A stretch of 64,000 bases of DNA from Phycisphaerales bacterium. GTDB taxonomy: Bacteria > Planctomycetota > Phycisphaerae > Phycisphaerales > UBA1924. This document shows positions 1 through 9,451 of the stretch, one piece after another. The notes under the pieces are model-generated. The model was not told where the DNA came from. It saw nothing but the letters and a program-made list of their open reading frames with translations, and ran no database searches. The stretch is taken from the NCBI GenBank assembly GCA_016742075.1, contig JACVCL010000003.1, positions 20,087 through 84,086 on the forward strand, in the 5' to 3' direction. The stretch's first letter is position 1; each line of letters opens with the position of its first letter. Both the position numbers and the translations under genes were made by a program.

Positions 1-251
1 CGAGCGCCACTGTCGTCCCCCAAACCCCGGGGCGAGCCGACGGGAAGGCCGAGCCCGCGACGCCCTGAGCCGGAAGACCTGCCAACGACGTGTGCTGTGT
101 GGCCCTCGCGAGCCTGGGGCTGCACGGTGACGCGTTTGCACGCTCCCGGCGAGCGGCGTTGCCGTGCGGCGAGAACCCCCGCGAGAGCCCGGAACCAAGG
201 GCCGGGAGCCGTCCTGCGCGACTCAGGACGCATCTGAAGGGTTCGTGACTC

Positions 252-1316
252 ATGAGCATCCGTTGTGCGTTCTGTGCCGCGGCCGCCGCGGCGTTGCTGG
301 AGATCGGCGTGGTCTCGGCGGCCGCCGCCGCCCCGGCGTACACCCTGGTCGGATCGTTCACCCTGCCCGCGCAGACCGACGCGTTCGACGTGCTGCCCGA
401 CGGGCGCGTGGTGGCGATCCGGCGGAGCGGCGAGATCGCCGCCCAGACCTCGGTGAACGGCTCGGGCTTCGCCAGGGCCGGGTCGATCAACCCGGCCCTC
501 GTCTCGTCGTTCGGCGCCGGATTTCTGCGCGTGAGCCCCGACGGCTCGACGCTGGCGATCGGCGACAACCGGTTCCCCGCGCCCGATCAGAAGGTGTTCT
601 TCGTGGCTTCCGCCTCGCTCAACCCCGCGGCGGACTCGCCGGCCACCGGCGTGATCGCGCCGAACGCGGAAGCGGTGTGGCGCGACAACTCGACGCTGTA
701 CGTCACCGGCGCCACGGCCTTCGGCGCGGACTCCTTCGTCACCGCCGTGAACGTGCCGACCCTGACGGCCCGCACCGTCGTCGCCAACATCAACGGAGCC
801 TCGGCCGGCGTAGCGGTCCGCGGCGGGTGGCTGTTCACCGGAAACGGCTTCGAGAACGGGCCCGGCGGGTCACGCACGGGGGAGATCCGGGCCATCCCGC
901 TGACCGCCGCCGATGCCGCGGCCGCCGGCGGGTCGGCCGTTGACTTCGAGGCGGCCGGCACGCCGGTGGGCCGCACGCTGTCGGCCTCGACTCTGGGCTT
1001 CGACAGTCTCGGCAATCTGCTGGTCGGTGGAGGCGACTTCTTCGACGCCGACTTCGGGTACGCCGCGGCGATCGACGCGGCGTCGGTACTCGGCGCCCTC
1101 GCCGGCGGGCCCCCGGCCACCGCGGGCGGCATCGCCCGGCTGACGCCCGGGTCGACGTCGGACTTCTACGGCATCCGCTTCAACCCGGCGACCAACGAGG
1201 CGCTCGTGTACGCCTTCGGCGGCTCGACGGTGTGGCGGTACACCATCCCCGGTCCCGGCTCGGCGGCGGTGGCCGGCGCGCTGGGTCTCCTCGCCGCGCG
1301 GAGGCGTCGCCGGTGA
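252..1316 (+). CDS. Secreted hypothetical protein with C-terminal PEP-CTERM-like sorting signal
   Basis: 354-aa ORF. The N-terminus looks like a signal peptide (AAAAALLEIGVVSAAAAAPA). The C-terminus IPGPGSAAVAGALGLLAARRRRR has a P-x-P motif, a hydrophobic helix and an Arg cluster. The stop overlaps the next start (GTGA at 1313-1316). Confidence 0.7.
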   Translation: MSIRCAFCAAAAAALLEIGVVSAAAAAPAYTLVGSFTLPAQTDAFDVLPDGRVVAIRRSGEIAAQTSVNGSGFARAGSINPALVSSFGAGFLRVSPDGSTLAIGDNRFPAPDQKVFFVASASLNPAADSPATGVIAPNAEAVWRDNSTLYVTGATAFGADSFVTAVNVPTLTARTVVANINGASAGVAVRGGWLFTGNGFENGPGGSRTGEIRAIPLTAADAAAAGGSAVDFEAAGTPVGRTLSASTLGFDSLGNLLVGGGDFFDADFGYAAAIDAASVLGALAGGPPATAGGIARLTPGSTSDFYGIRFNPATNEALVYAFGGSTVWRYTIPGPGSAAVAGALGLLAARRRRR

Positions 1317-2485
1317 ACCGATGGTCACTCACCGTCGCGGCGGCGCTGGCGGTCGCTGCCGCCGCGGCACGCGCCCGCGGGCAGGACTTTGCCGACCGCG
1401 TCCTCTCGTACACGCCGGCCCCCGGGCAGTTGATCAACGACCCGGCGTTCAACGACCCCGCCCGGGCGCTGGGCCCCCCGGTCGGCGGCGGGATCTCGGC
1501 CCCGGACAACTCCAAGCTCGTCACGCTCGGAGGCTTCGGCGGCTCGATCGTGCTGGGCTTCTCTCAGACCGTCCGCCACGATCCTTCCAACCCCTTCGGG
1601 GTCGACGCCATCGTGTTCGGCAACAGTTTCTCCGTCGGGGCGAATCTCAACCGCCGGTGGGCCGAGGCGGGCGTCATCGAGATCAGCCGCGATGCCAACA
1701 GTAACGGTGTCCCCGACGACCCCTGGTACGTGATCCCCGGCTCGCATCTGGCGTGGGGTGCCGCCATGTCGCGGACCGCCGTGAATTGGAGCGACGCGAA
1801 TCCATCGCTGCCGCCAGCGAACAAGGACTGGTACCCCGATCCCGGCCGGTATCCCGGATGGCCCTCCGCCTATGCCACGTCCACGTTCGCGCTGCCGACG
1901 CTTTTCAACGGGCCGATCGTCACCAACCCGCTCGGAACGGCGTCGGTGCAGCAAGGCATCTTCGGCTACGCCGACAGCACCCCGGTGCTCAAGCTGGGCG
2001 ACGTCAACGGCGACGACGTCGTCGAGCAGCCCGGCATGACGCCGGCCGAGTTCTACACCGCGCCGACGAGCCCCTTCGGCGTGGCGATCGCGGCGGGCTC
2101 CGGCGGTGGCGACGCGTTCGCTATCGCCTGGGCGGTCGACCCGGCCACGGGCCTTCCGCCGAACCCACCGCTGGACGGATTCGACTTCATCCGCATCTCG
2201 ACCGCCGTGAACGCCGTGAACGGCGTGTTCGGCGAAATCTCCACGGAGGTCGGCGGTGTGGCGCGGGTGCGCCCCCGGACGCCGTTCTTCGACGTCAACC
2301 GCGACGGCCGAGTCGATTCGGACGACGCCTACGCGTGGGAGGCCGCCCGGGCCGCGGGAGGTCCCGGCTCGGTCAGCGCCGCCACCGATCTCGACGGCGA
2401 CACCTCGCTGACCAACGCCGACCGGCGCCTGCTGCTCGACTGCATCCGCCGCGCCGAGGCCGTTGGCATGGGGGCAGCCCGATGA
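1313..2485 (+). CDS. Secreted hypothetical protein with C-terminal dockerin/EF-hand-like Ca-binding loops
   Basis: The frame is open from 1232, but the GTG at 1313 gives a signal peptide (VNRWSLTVAAALAVAAAAARA) and a 4-nt overlap with the upstream stop. The C-terminal DVNRDGRVDSDD and DLDGDTSLTNAD resemble dockerin type I repeats. The stop overlaps the next start (ATGA 2482-2485). Confidence 0.6.
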   Translation: MNRWSLTVAAALAVAAAAARARGQDFADRVLSYTPAPGQLINDPAFNDPARALGPPVGGGISAPDNSKLVTLGGFGGSIVLGFSQTVRHDPSNPFGVDAIVFGNSFSVGANLNRRWAEAGVIEISRDANSNGVPDDPWYVIPGSHLAWGAAMSRTAVNWSDANPSLPPANKDWYPDPGRYPGWPSAYATSTFALPTLFNGPIVTNPLGTASVQQGIFGYADSTPVLKLGDVNGDDVVEQPGMTPAEFYTAPTSPFGVAIAAGSGGGDAFAIAWAVDPATGLPPNPPLDGFDFIRISTAVNAVNGVFGEISTEVGGVARVRPRTPFFDVNRDGRVDSDDAYAWEAARAAGGPGSVSAATDLDGDTSLTNADRRLLLDCIRRAEAVGMGAAR

Positions 2486-3342
2486 ACCCCACCCTCCGCC
2501 GACGCCCGTCCGGTTTCACGCTCATCGAGCTGCTGGTCGTTGTCGCCATCGTCGCGCTGCTGATCGGAATCCTCCTGCCGTCCCTCGGGGCCGCCCGCCG
2601 CAGCGGCCGCGGCGCGGCGTGCGCCTCCAACCTCCGTCAGCTGGTCACCGCCGCCAACGTCTACGCCACCGACGCCCGCGAGCGCTTCATGCCCGGGGCC
2701 GCCGAGTTCCGCACCCGGAACCTCAGGCGGTGGCACGGCGCCCGCACCAGCCCCGGCGACCCGTTCTCGCCGCAGGGCGGCCCCATCACGCCCTACCTCG
2801 AGGGGGGGGACGCGGGGCTCACGGTCCGGGGATGCCCCGAGTTCGCGCCCACGCTCGACGAGCTCTCTCGCTCTGGGTCGGGCTTCGAAAGGGGCTGCGG
2901 CGGTTATGGGTACAACAACGCCTTCGCGGGCGTCGATCGTGAACGCACCCGCAGCGGCGCCTGGCGCATCCGCAGCGACCTCACGGGCTCGCCCCGAAGC
3001 CGGTTTTCCCGCCCCTCGGCGACGCTGCTCTTCGCCGACGCGGCACTGGCGCAGGACCGAGTGATCGAGTACAGCTTCGTCGAGCCCCGCTGGTGGGCCG
3101 AGACCCCCCCGCCGCTGCCCGATGGCGGGGCATCGACCGCGGGGGGCGGACCCTCGCGTCCGGACCCGTCGACCCACTTCCGCCACGCCGGGCGAGCCAA
3201 CGTCGGCTGGATGGACGGGCACGTGTCCGGCGAGGCGATGGCGGAGACGGCGTTCAGCGGCGTGTTCCCACTGGATCCGGGCCCTGTCCAGATCGGCTGG
3301 CCGGGGCTGGGCCCCGGTCTTCGGGGGTGGGGTTACGACTAG
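2482..3342 (+). CDS. Prepilin-type N-terminal cleavage/methylation domain protein with H-X9-DG motif (DUF1559-like)
   Basis: Only the part of ORF 1753-3342 starting at ATG 2482 looks protein-like. It reads MNPTLRRRPSG|FTLIELLVVVAIVALLIGILLPSLG, followed by SNLRQL. The C-terminal H-AGRANVGWM-DG is an exact H-X9-DG motif. Confidence 0.8.
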   Translation: MNPTLRRRPSGFTLIELLVVVAIVALLIGILLPSLGAARRSGRGAACASNLRQLVTAANVYATDARERFMPGAAEFRTRNLRRWHGARTSPGDPFSPQGGPITPYLEGGDAGLTVRGCPEFAPTLDELSRSGSGFERGCGGYGYNNAFAGVDRERTRSGAWRIRSDLTGSPRSRFSRPSATLLFADAALAQDRVIEYSFVEPRWWAETPPPLPDGGASTAGGGPSRPDPSTHFRHAGRANVGWMDGHVSGEAMAETAFSGVFPLDPGPVQIGWPGLGPGLRGWGYD

Positions 3343-3522
3343 ACCGCGCGGGCACCCGCCGCGCCCACGACACCGCCCATTCTGGTGGGACAGATCGAAT
3401 TTCGACAAGAAGCTCGTGTACTTCCGCCAAACGCGCGCCACAATGTAGGGCGGCTTGCTAGGTGCCTTCCCCGGCCCTCAAGACCCGCCCGGGGCGTGTT
3501 CCGACGGGATGGAGCGTCGCAC

Positions 3523-3768
3523 ATGGCCGTGGATCGCTGCGTGTGCGTGAACGTGCTGTTCCAGGAGCTCCTTGAGCTCCATCGGGAGCATGGGCTGGGG
3601 TTCGATGAGCTGGTGGACCGGACCGGCTGCTGCACCGGCTGCACCAGCTGCGAGCCGTACGTGAAGGTCATGCTCCGCACCGGGAAGACGTACCTGCCCA
3701 TCCTGAACGCTGAGGAGGCCGACCGTGTGTTGCACGAGTGGCAGGACCGTGAGGGCAAGCCGGCGTGA
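3523..3768 (+). CDS. BFD-like [2Fe-2S]-binding domain protein
   Basis: Internal ATG of ORF 3385-3768. The Cys pattern CVC...GCCTGCTSC (C-x-C ... C-x-x-C) in an 81-aa protein is typical of bacterioferritin-associated ferredoxin-like domains. Confidence 0.55.
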   Translation: MAVDRCVCVNVLFQELLELHREHGLGFDELVDRTGCCTGCTSCEPYVKVMLRTGKTYLPILNAEEADRVLHEWQDREGKPA

Positions 3769-3795
3769 GGGGCGGTTTCCTATGCTCCGGGCCCC

Positions 3796-4122
3796 ATGGG
3801 CCACCCACCATCCAAGCCGGTGACGTTCGCGGAGTTTCAGGAGTTGATCCGAACGCGGTACTCCGCGACGGACGCGGCCCGGGGAACCCCCGGCACGTTC
3901 ATGTGGCTCATGGAGGAGGTCGGCGAGCTCGCCACCGCGCTCCAGGACTGCGCCCCGACCAAGCAGCCGCCGCCGACGAGCGCCGAGCGGGCCAACTTGG
4001 AGGAGGAGTTCGCCGATGTGCTGGCGTGGCTGACGACGCTCGCCAACATCAACGGCGTCGACCTGACCCGGGCGCTGACCAAGTACACGAATCCGGACCG
4101 GGTGAAGGGCGTGAAGCACTGA
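3796..4122 (+). CDS. MazG-like nucleotide pyrophosphohydrolase domain protein
   Basis: 108 aa. It has the EEVGELA ... EEEFADVLAWL acidic helix pair characteristic of the all-alpha NTP pyrophosphohydrolase (MazG) fold. Confidence 0.65.
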   Translation: MGHPPSKPVTFAEFQELIRTRYSATDAARGTPGTFMWLMEEVGELATALQDCAPTKQPPPTSAERANLEEEFADVLAWLTTLANINGVDLTRALTKYTNPDRVKGVKH

Positions 4123-4191
4123 CCGGGCGGCCGCGCACCCCGGGAAACGCCCGGGCGGGCTGCTGATCCCGGACTGGCCGGGGAGCTGAGT

Positions 4192-4998
4192 ATGACCAGA
4201 ATCGACCAGATTTTTTCTCAGCTTCGCGGCTCGGGCCGCAAGGGCCTGATGCCGTTCCTGTGCGGCGGGTACCCCACCTTGGGGGCCACGGCCGCCACCC
4301 TCGGCAGGCTGGGGCCGGCCGGAGCGTCGATCGTGGAGATCGGCATCCCGTTCAGCGACCCGATCGCGGACGGCCCGGTGATCGCCGCCGCGATGCACGA
4401 GGCTCTGGTGGCCGGGGTGACCCCCGGAGGTGTGTTTGAGGCGGTGAAGGGCGTGCGCGGAACGACCGGCCCGGGCCTGGTGGCGATGGTGTCGATCTCG
4501 ATCGTTCACCGGATGGGGGCGGGGCGGTTTGTCGCGGAGGCCAAGGCGGCCGGCTTCGACGGGTTCATCTTCCCGGATGTGCCCTTGGAGGAGGCGGTGG
4601 GGCTTGCGGGAACAGTTCGGGATGGCGGGATGACGATGAGCCTGCTGATTGCGCCGACCACCCCGCCCGGGCGGGCCGCGGCCATCGCCCGCGCGTGCAG
4701 CGGCTTCGTGTACCTGCTCTCGCGCACCGGGATTACGGGGGAGGGCGCCGGGCCGATGGTGGAGCGTCTGGCGCGGCAGATCGTGGCGCTGCGACGCGAG
4801 ACGGACCTTCCGATCGCCTGCGGGTTCGGGATTTCGTCCGCGTCCCAGGTGCGGGCGGTGGTGCGGGAGGCCGGGGCGGACGCGGCGATCGTGGGCTCGG
4901 CACTGGTCCGGGCGATGGGCGATTCAGCGGCGGCCGGGCGGGATCCCGTGGCGGCGGCGGAGGCGATGGTCCGAGATCTGGCGTCCGGGCTGGCCTAG
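4192..4998 (+). CDS. trpA: Tryptophan synthase alpha chain
   Basis: 268 aa. LMPFLCGGYP ... VEIGIPFSDPIADGPVI ... GFVYLLSRTGITG ... GFGIS are classic TrpA motifs. A GGGGAG lies upstream of the ATG. Confidence 0.9.
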   Translation: MTRIDQIFSQLRGSGRKGLMPFLCGGYPTLGATAATLGRLGPAGASIVEIGIPFSDPIADGPVIAAAMHEALVAGVTPGGVFEAVKGVRGTTGPGLVAMVSISIVHRMGAGRFVAEAKAAGFDGFIFPDVPLEEAVGLAGTVRDGGMTMSLLIAPTTPPGRAAAIARACSGFVYLLSRTGITGEGAGPMVERLARQIVALRRETDLPIACGFGISSASQVRAVVREAGADAAIVGSALVRAMGDSAAAGRDPVAAAEAMVRDLASGLA

Positions 4999-5164
4999 GC
5001 GGCTGCGGGGGCCCTCGGCGGGGGTTTCAGGACGGTTCCGCTAGAATCCGAGGGCTTGATCGCCGGAGCGGTCGGGCCGATTGGAACGTTTTACCTTGAC
5101 CCTTGACCCGGGGTCGTGCCCGACGGCGCGGGCCCGGGATCGTTCTTGAAGCGGAGAGCGTGGC

Positions 5165-7366
5165 ATGAGCGGTTTGACGGCCCGGCAGGACGCGATGCGG
5201 AAGGTGGCGGCTTGGCATGAGACCGATCAGCCTTCGCTGACCAGCGAGGCGATCGAGCTGCCGCATCACTTCGGGCGCGATGTGTTCTCCGAGAAGGTGA
5301 TGCGGGAGCGGCTGCCCAAGGAGGTGTTCCGGGCGGTGCAGCGGACGCTGCGGCGAGGCGAGCGTCTGGATCGGTCGATCGCCGACACCGTGGCCAACGC
5401 GATGAAGGACTGGGCGCTGGAGCACGGGGCGACGCACTACACGCACTGGTTCCAGCCGCTGACGGGCTCGACGGCCGAGAAACACGACTCGTTCCTGTCT
5501 CCCGACGGCCTGGGCGGGGCGATCACGGAGTTCAGCGGGTCGCAGCTGGTGCAGGGCGAGCCTGACGCGTCGAGCTTCCCGTCGGGCGGCGTGCGGGCGA
5601 CGTTCGAGGCGCGCGGGTACACCGCGTGGGACCCGAGCAGCCCGGTGTTTCTGAGCCGCGGCCCCAACGCGATCACGCTGTGCATCCCGACGGCGTTCGT
5701 GAGCTACACGGGCGAGGCGCTGGACAAGAAGACCCCCCTGCTGCGTTCGATGGATGCGGTGAGCCAGCAGGCGCTGCGCGTGCTGAAGATCTTCGGCACC
5801 GACCGGGGCGTCGGGCGGGTGTTCAGCACGTGCGGGGCGGAGCAGGAGTACTTCCTGGTCGATCGGCGGTACTTCCTGGCTCGGGCCGACCTGCTGATGT
5901 GCGGGCGGACGCTCTTCGGGAGCAAGAGCCCCAAAGACCAGCAGCTGGAGGATCACTACTTCGGGGCGATCCCCGAGCGCGTGCAGGCCTTCATGGCCGC
6001 GTGTGAGGCCGAGCTGTACGCGCTGGGCGTGCCCGTGAAGACGCGGCATAACGAGGTGGCGCCGGCCCAGTTCGAGATCGCGCCGGTGTTCGAGAACGCG
6101 AACGTCGCTGCCGACCACCAGCAGGTGACAATGCAGGTGCTCAAGAAGCAGGCGCCGCGCTTCGGGCTGCAGTGCCTGCTGCACGAGAAGCCCTTTGCGG
6201 GGATCAACGGCTCGGGCAAGCACAACAACTGGTCGCTCTCGACCGACACCGGCGTGAACCTGCTGGACCCGGGCGACAACGCCCACGCGAACATGCAGTT
6301 CCTGGTGTTCCTGTGCGCCGTGATCCGGGCGGTGGACACGCACGCGGAACTGCTGAGGGCGAGCGTGGCCCACGCGGGCAACGATCACCGCCTGGGCGCC
6401 AACGAGGCGCCGCCGGCGATCATGTCGATCTTCCTGGGCGACATGCTTCAGGACATCGTGGAGCAGCTCGAGCAGGGCGCGCCGCGCTCGACCAAGAAGA
6501 AGGGCGTGCTGGAGCTGGGCGCGACGACCCTGCCGGCGCTGCCGAAGGACACCGGCGACCGGAACCGTACCTCGCCGTTCGCGTTCACGGGCAATAAGTT
6601 CGAGTTCCGGGCCGTGGGTTCGAGCCAGTCGATCGCGTGGCCGAACACGGTGCTGAACACGATCGTGGCCGACAGCCTCGACCACATGGCGACGGCGCTC
6701 GAGCGGGCGGTCGGCAAGCAACCGACGGACGCGAAGCTGATCGGCGCGGTGAAGAAGCTTCTGCAGCAGGTGATCAAGCAGCACAAGCGCGTGCTGTTCA
6801 ACGGCGACGGGTACAGCTCGGCGTGGCACCAGGAGGCGGCCAAGCGCGGGCTGCCGAACCATCGCAACGCGGTGGCGGCGCTGCCCGCGATCCGGAGCCG
6901 GCCCTCGCTGGCGCTGTTCGCGAAGTACAAGGTGCTCAGCAGGACCGAGATGGAGGCCCGCTGCGACGTGTACCTGGAGCAGTACGCCAAGACCGTGACA
7001 ATCGAGGGTCGCACGGCCGTGCAGATGGCGCGGACGCAGATCCTGCCCGCGGCCGTCCGCCACCAGACGGAACTGGCGCAGGCGGTGGCGGCGTGCCAGA
7101 CTGCCGGCGTGGACGCCGACGAACTGCGGGACGCGCTCGACGCCTATGGCGAACTCGTGACTCGCCTCCGCGAGACGGTCACCGCCGTCGACGAAGTGCT
7201 CGCTCACGAGGCCGGGCACGGCCCCGCCGAGCACGCCGAGTACCTGCGGGATCACCTGATGCCGGGCCTCACCGATCTGCGCGAGATCGTGGACGAGCTG
7301 GAGCGCCACACGGCCGACGACCTCTGGCCGCTGCCGACCTACCGCGAGATGCTGTTCGTCAAGTAG
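5165..7366 (+). CDS. glnN: Glutamine synthetase type III
   Basis: 733 aa, the GSIII size class. Motifs [24 protein letters not shown] and [20 protein letters not shown] are present. Confidence 0.9.
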   Translation: MSGLTARQDAMRKVAAWHETDQPSLTSEAIELPHHFGRDVFSEKVMRERLPKEVFRAVQRTLRRGERLDRSIADTVANAMKDWALEHGATHYTHWFQPLTGSTAEKHDSFLSPDGLGGAITEFSGSQLVQGEPDASSFPSGGVRATFEARGYTAWDPSSPVFLSRGPNAITLCIPTAFVSYTGEALDKKTPLLRSMDAVSQQALRVLKIFGTDRGVGRVFSTCGAEQEYFLVDRRYFLARADLLMCGRTLFGSKSPKDQQLEDHYFGAIPERVQAFMAACEAELYALGVPVKTRHNEVAPAQFEIAPVFENANVAADHQQVTMQVLKKQAPRFGLQCLLHEKPFAGINGSGKHNNWSLSTDTGVNLLDPGDNAHANMQFLVFLCAVIRAVDTHAELLRASVAHAGNDHRLGANEAPPAIMSIFLGDMLQDIVEQLEQGAPRSTKKKGVLELGATTLPALPKDTGDRNRTSPFAFTGNKFEFRAVGSSQSIAWPNTVLNTIVADSLDHMATALERAVGKQPTDAKLIGAVKKLLQQVIKQHKRVLFNGDGYSSAWHQEAAKRGLPNHRNAVAALPAIRSRPSLALFAKYKVLSRTEMEARCDVYLEQYAKTVTIEGRTAVQMARTQILPAAVRHQTELAQAVAACQTAGVDADELRDALDAYGELVTRLRETVTAVDEVLAHEAGHGPAEHAEYLRDHLMPGLTDLREIVDELERHTADDLWPLPTYREMLFVK

Positions 7367-7392
7367 AGGCGCTCACCACTCAGGCTTCGCCG

Positions 7393-7424
7393 CGGCCGCC
7401 CGCACCCCACGGGCGGCCGTTTCA
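7393..7424 (+). terminator. Rho-independent-type terminator between convergent glnN and the HAD gene (possibly bidirectional)
   Basis: Perfect 10-bp stem: cggccgcccg (7393-7402) pairs with cgggcggccg (7410-7419), with a 7-nt loop cacccca, followed by tttca. Confidence 0.6.
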
Positions 7425-7991
7425 TTCGCTGAAGACGCGGAGAACCCGTGCGGTGCGCTCGGCGGCGAGCCGCACCGAGGACCCGGGGGCGACGAGAATC
7501 GCCCCGCGCGCGGCCGCGAAGATCGGAAGATCGGCCCGGCTGTCTCCGGCGTAGTCGAAGACCGGCGGCGGTCCGGCGAAGCCGTGGGCCGCGGCGTCGG
7601 CCTGGATCGCCAGCAGCTTCCGGCGCCCCTTGAGGTTCACGGTGCCCGACGAGGCCAGCACGCCGGCGAAGAGCCCGAGATGCTCGGCGATCGGTCGGGC
7701 GAAGGCCTCATGGGCCGCCGTGGCGAGGACGACCCGCCGCCCGGCGGCCTGAACACGGAGGAACTCGACCAGCTGAGCGCGATAGGGCAGCGAGGCCGGG
7801 TCGATGCGCACGCGGTCGGCGATGGCGCTCTTGAATGCTGGCCGTCCTCTGGTCAGCGCCAGGGCGGGTCCCAGCAGGGTCCACGGCCGGCGTGTGAGCA
7901 GCCCCACGACGGCCGACCGCAGCGAATCGGCGGCGATCAGCGTGCCGTCGAGGTCGACGTAGAGCGGCGGCTCGGCCGAGGCCGGGGTCAT
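7422..7991 (-). CDS. HAD-IB family hydrolase (phosphatase)
   Basis: Only the C-terminal 189 aa of ORF 7422-9515 is protein-like. HAD motif I is YVDLDGTL and motif IV is GDSRADLP. The ATG at 7991 overlaps the upstream stop (ATGA 7988-7991). Confidence 0.8.
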   Translation of the reverse strand: MTPASAEPPLYVDLDGTLIAADSLRSAVVGLLTRRPWTLLGPALALTRGRPAFKSAIADRVRIDPASLPYRAQLVEFLRVQAAGRRVVLATAAHEAFARPIAEHLGLFAGVLASSGTVNLKGRRKLLAIQADAAAHGFAGPPPVFDYAGDSRADLPIFAAARGAILVAPGSSVRLAAERTARVLRVFSE

Positions 7992-9451
7992 GGGCCGATC
8001 GCCCCGGCGGAGCGGGCCGCTCGCCCCAAGAGCCTGGACCCCAAGAAAGCCGCCACTTCTTCGGCGAGGTACGCCGCGGCGAGGAACCAGATGCTCATCG
8101 CGGGCAGGGCGTAGCGAGACACCGGCACCAGCAGCAGGCAGTGCGCGGCCAGGAACGCGAAGGAACCGGCGATGAGCGTCACCATCGGCCAGCGGCGGCG
8201 CCAAGCCGAGACAGCCGCCGCGAGGACCGCGGCAATGAACAGCGGCACCTGCGGGATGCCGGACAGATGCTCGCCGACGGCGTCGAAGAGTCGCTGCAGC
8301 GGCCCGGCGTGGGGCGGCATCGCGAAGCGCGCGGCCTCGGGGAACAGACCGACGTTCTGGAAGTTGGGGGGCTGACGGCCGTCGCCCGCCATGCCCGGGC
8401 GTCGGAGCAGGAAGGTGAGCTCGTCGTACATCGGCGGATGGGCCGCATCGCCGGCGTGCAGCTGCCAGCGCAGGCTGTGCCAGACCGCCGCGGCGTAGGC
8501 CCCGGGGTGACGGGCGATCGATCGCCGGGCCCAGGCTCCGAGCTCGGCGGCGGCGAGGGGATCGGTGTGGGCGTTCGTCCGCCAGACGGCCTGCATAGCG
8601 TGCCAGTCTGAGGCGCCGGGAGCCAGAGCGTCGAGCGCCACCCGGCGGATGTCCGGGTTCACGCGGTCGTCGTCCCGATCGAGCAGGCTGTGCATCGCCG
8701 CGCCATAGAACAGCACCCAACCGGAACCACCAGCGATCGGCGGCCGCCCTCGCTGCATGTTGTGCCAGACCCATGGTCCGACGATGAGACAGCCGGCCGC
8801 GACGGCCGCGGCGGCTGGGCCCAATCGCTCCTTCCATGGGCCGGTCCGGCCGATGACCCAGGCGATCAGCATGAAGGGAACGACGGACTGAAGAGCCGGC
8901 CTGAGCATGACCGCCGAGCCCAGCAGCACGCCGAGAGCGGCGCCGGCGGCCCAGCCGGCTTTCCCGCGGCGTGTGGCTATAGCGGCGGCAGCGGCGATAC
9001 AGAAGAGCGTGGTGGTTTCGGTGAGGGCGTACGTCGCGAACAGCATCGACCATGGCTCGCACGCGGCCACAAGCCCTACCGCAAGACCGATCGACGGGCG
9101 TGACACCGCGCAGGCCGCCCGGGTGAGGCATGCCGTGGTGGCGACGGCGAGGACGTGCTGCACCAGCAGCACCCCGCCCGGGCCCGGGCCACAGAGCCAG
9201 AAAATGGCCGCGAGGATCGCGGGGTAGCCGGGCGTGCGATGATCCTGCATTCCCGGGGCCTGGCCTGAGAGCATGTTCGCGGCCGCGTTGAGGTACTCGC
9301 CGGAGTCGGGGGTCAGCACGAGCGGGCAGCCCGCGAGAAGCAGAGCGTGAACCGCGGCCGAGACCGTGCTCGCCAGCTGGACCGCCCGGCCGGCGGTCAG
9401 AAGTGGACGGGCGGACGACACGGCGGCTGCCGGTGCCGGGGGCGCGGTCAT
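7988..9451 (-). CDS. GT-C fold integral-membrane glycosyltransferase (ArnT/PMT/GT39- or GT83-like)
   Basis: 487 aa from ATG 9451. It has many hydrophobic segments, an early periplasmic-loop DSGEY motif and a large C-terminal soluble-looking domain. ATGA overlaps occur at both ends (9448-9451 and 7988-7991). The family call is from overall architecture only. Confidence 0.55.
   Translation of the reverse strand: MTAPPAPAAAVSSARPLLTAGRAVQLASTVSAAVHALLLAGCPLVLTPDSGEYLNAAANMLSGQAPGMQDHRTPGYPAILAAIFWLCGPGPGGVLLVQHVLAVATTACLTRAACAVSRPSIGLAVGLVAACEPWSMLFATYALTETTTLFCIAAAAAIATRRGKAGWAAGAALGVLLGSAVMLRPALQSVVPFMLIAWVIGRTGPWKERLGPAAAAVAAGCLIVGPWVWHNMQRGRPPIAGGSGWVLFYGAAMHSLLDRDDDRVNPDIRRVALDALAPGASDWHAMQAVWRTNAHTDPLAAAELGAWARRSIARHPGAYAAAVWHSLRWQLHAGDAAHPPMYDELTFLLRRPGMAGDGRQPPNFQNVGLFPEAARFAMPPHAGPLQRLFDAVGEHLSGIPQVPLFIAAVLAAAVSAWRRRWPMVTLIAGSFAFLAAHCLLLVPVSRYALPAMSIWFLAAAYLAEEVAAFLGSRLLGRAARSAGAIGP

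Noticed and set aside
164-943. Long alternative-frame and antisense ORFs throughout the track, for example 164-943, 587-1132, 5027-7309 (antisense to glnN), 25950-28361 (antisense to the secretin), 47865-50111 (antisense to mfd) and 60221-62050.
   Set aside because: Their translations are Arg/Pro/Gly/Ala-rich strings with no recognisable motifs, as expected for off-frame reading of very GC-rich DNA. Each is fully overlapped by an ORF with clear family signatures.
1753-2481. N-terminal 243 codons of ORF 1753-3342.
   Set aside because: This part is Arg-rich nonsense and overlaps the well-supported gene 1313-2485 in another frame. The protein-like part starts at ATG 2482 with a prepilin signal and an ATGA overlap.
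4999-5045. GC-rich segment after trpA (ggcggctgcgggggccctcggcggggg), considered as a terminator.
   Set aside because: Only short palindromic fragments (gggccc) are present. There is no extended stem and no U-tract.
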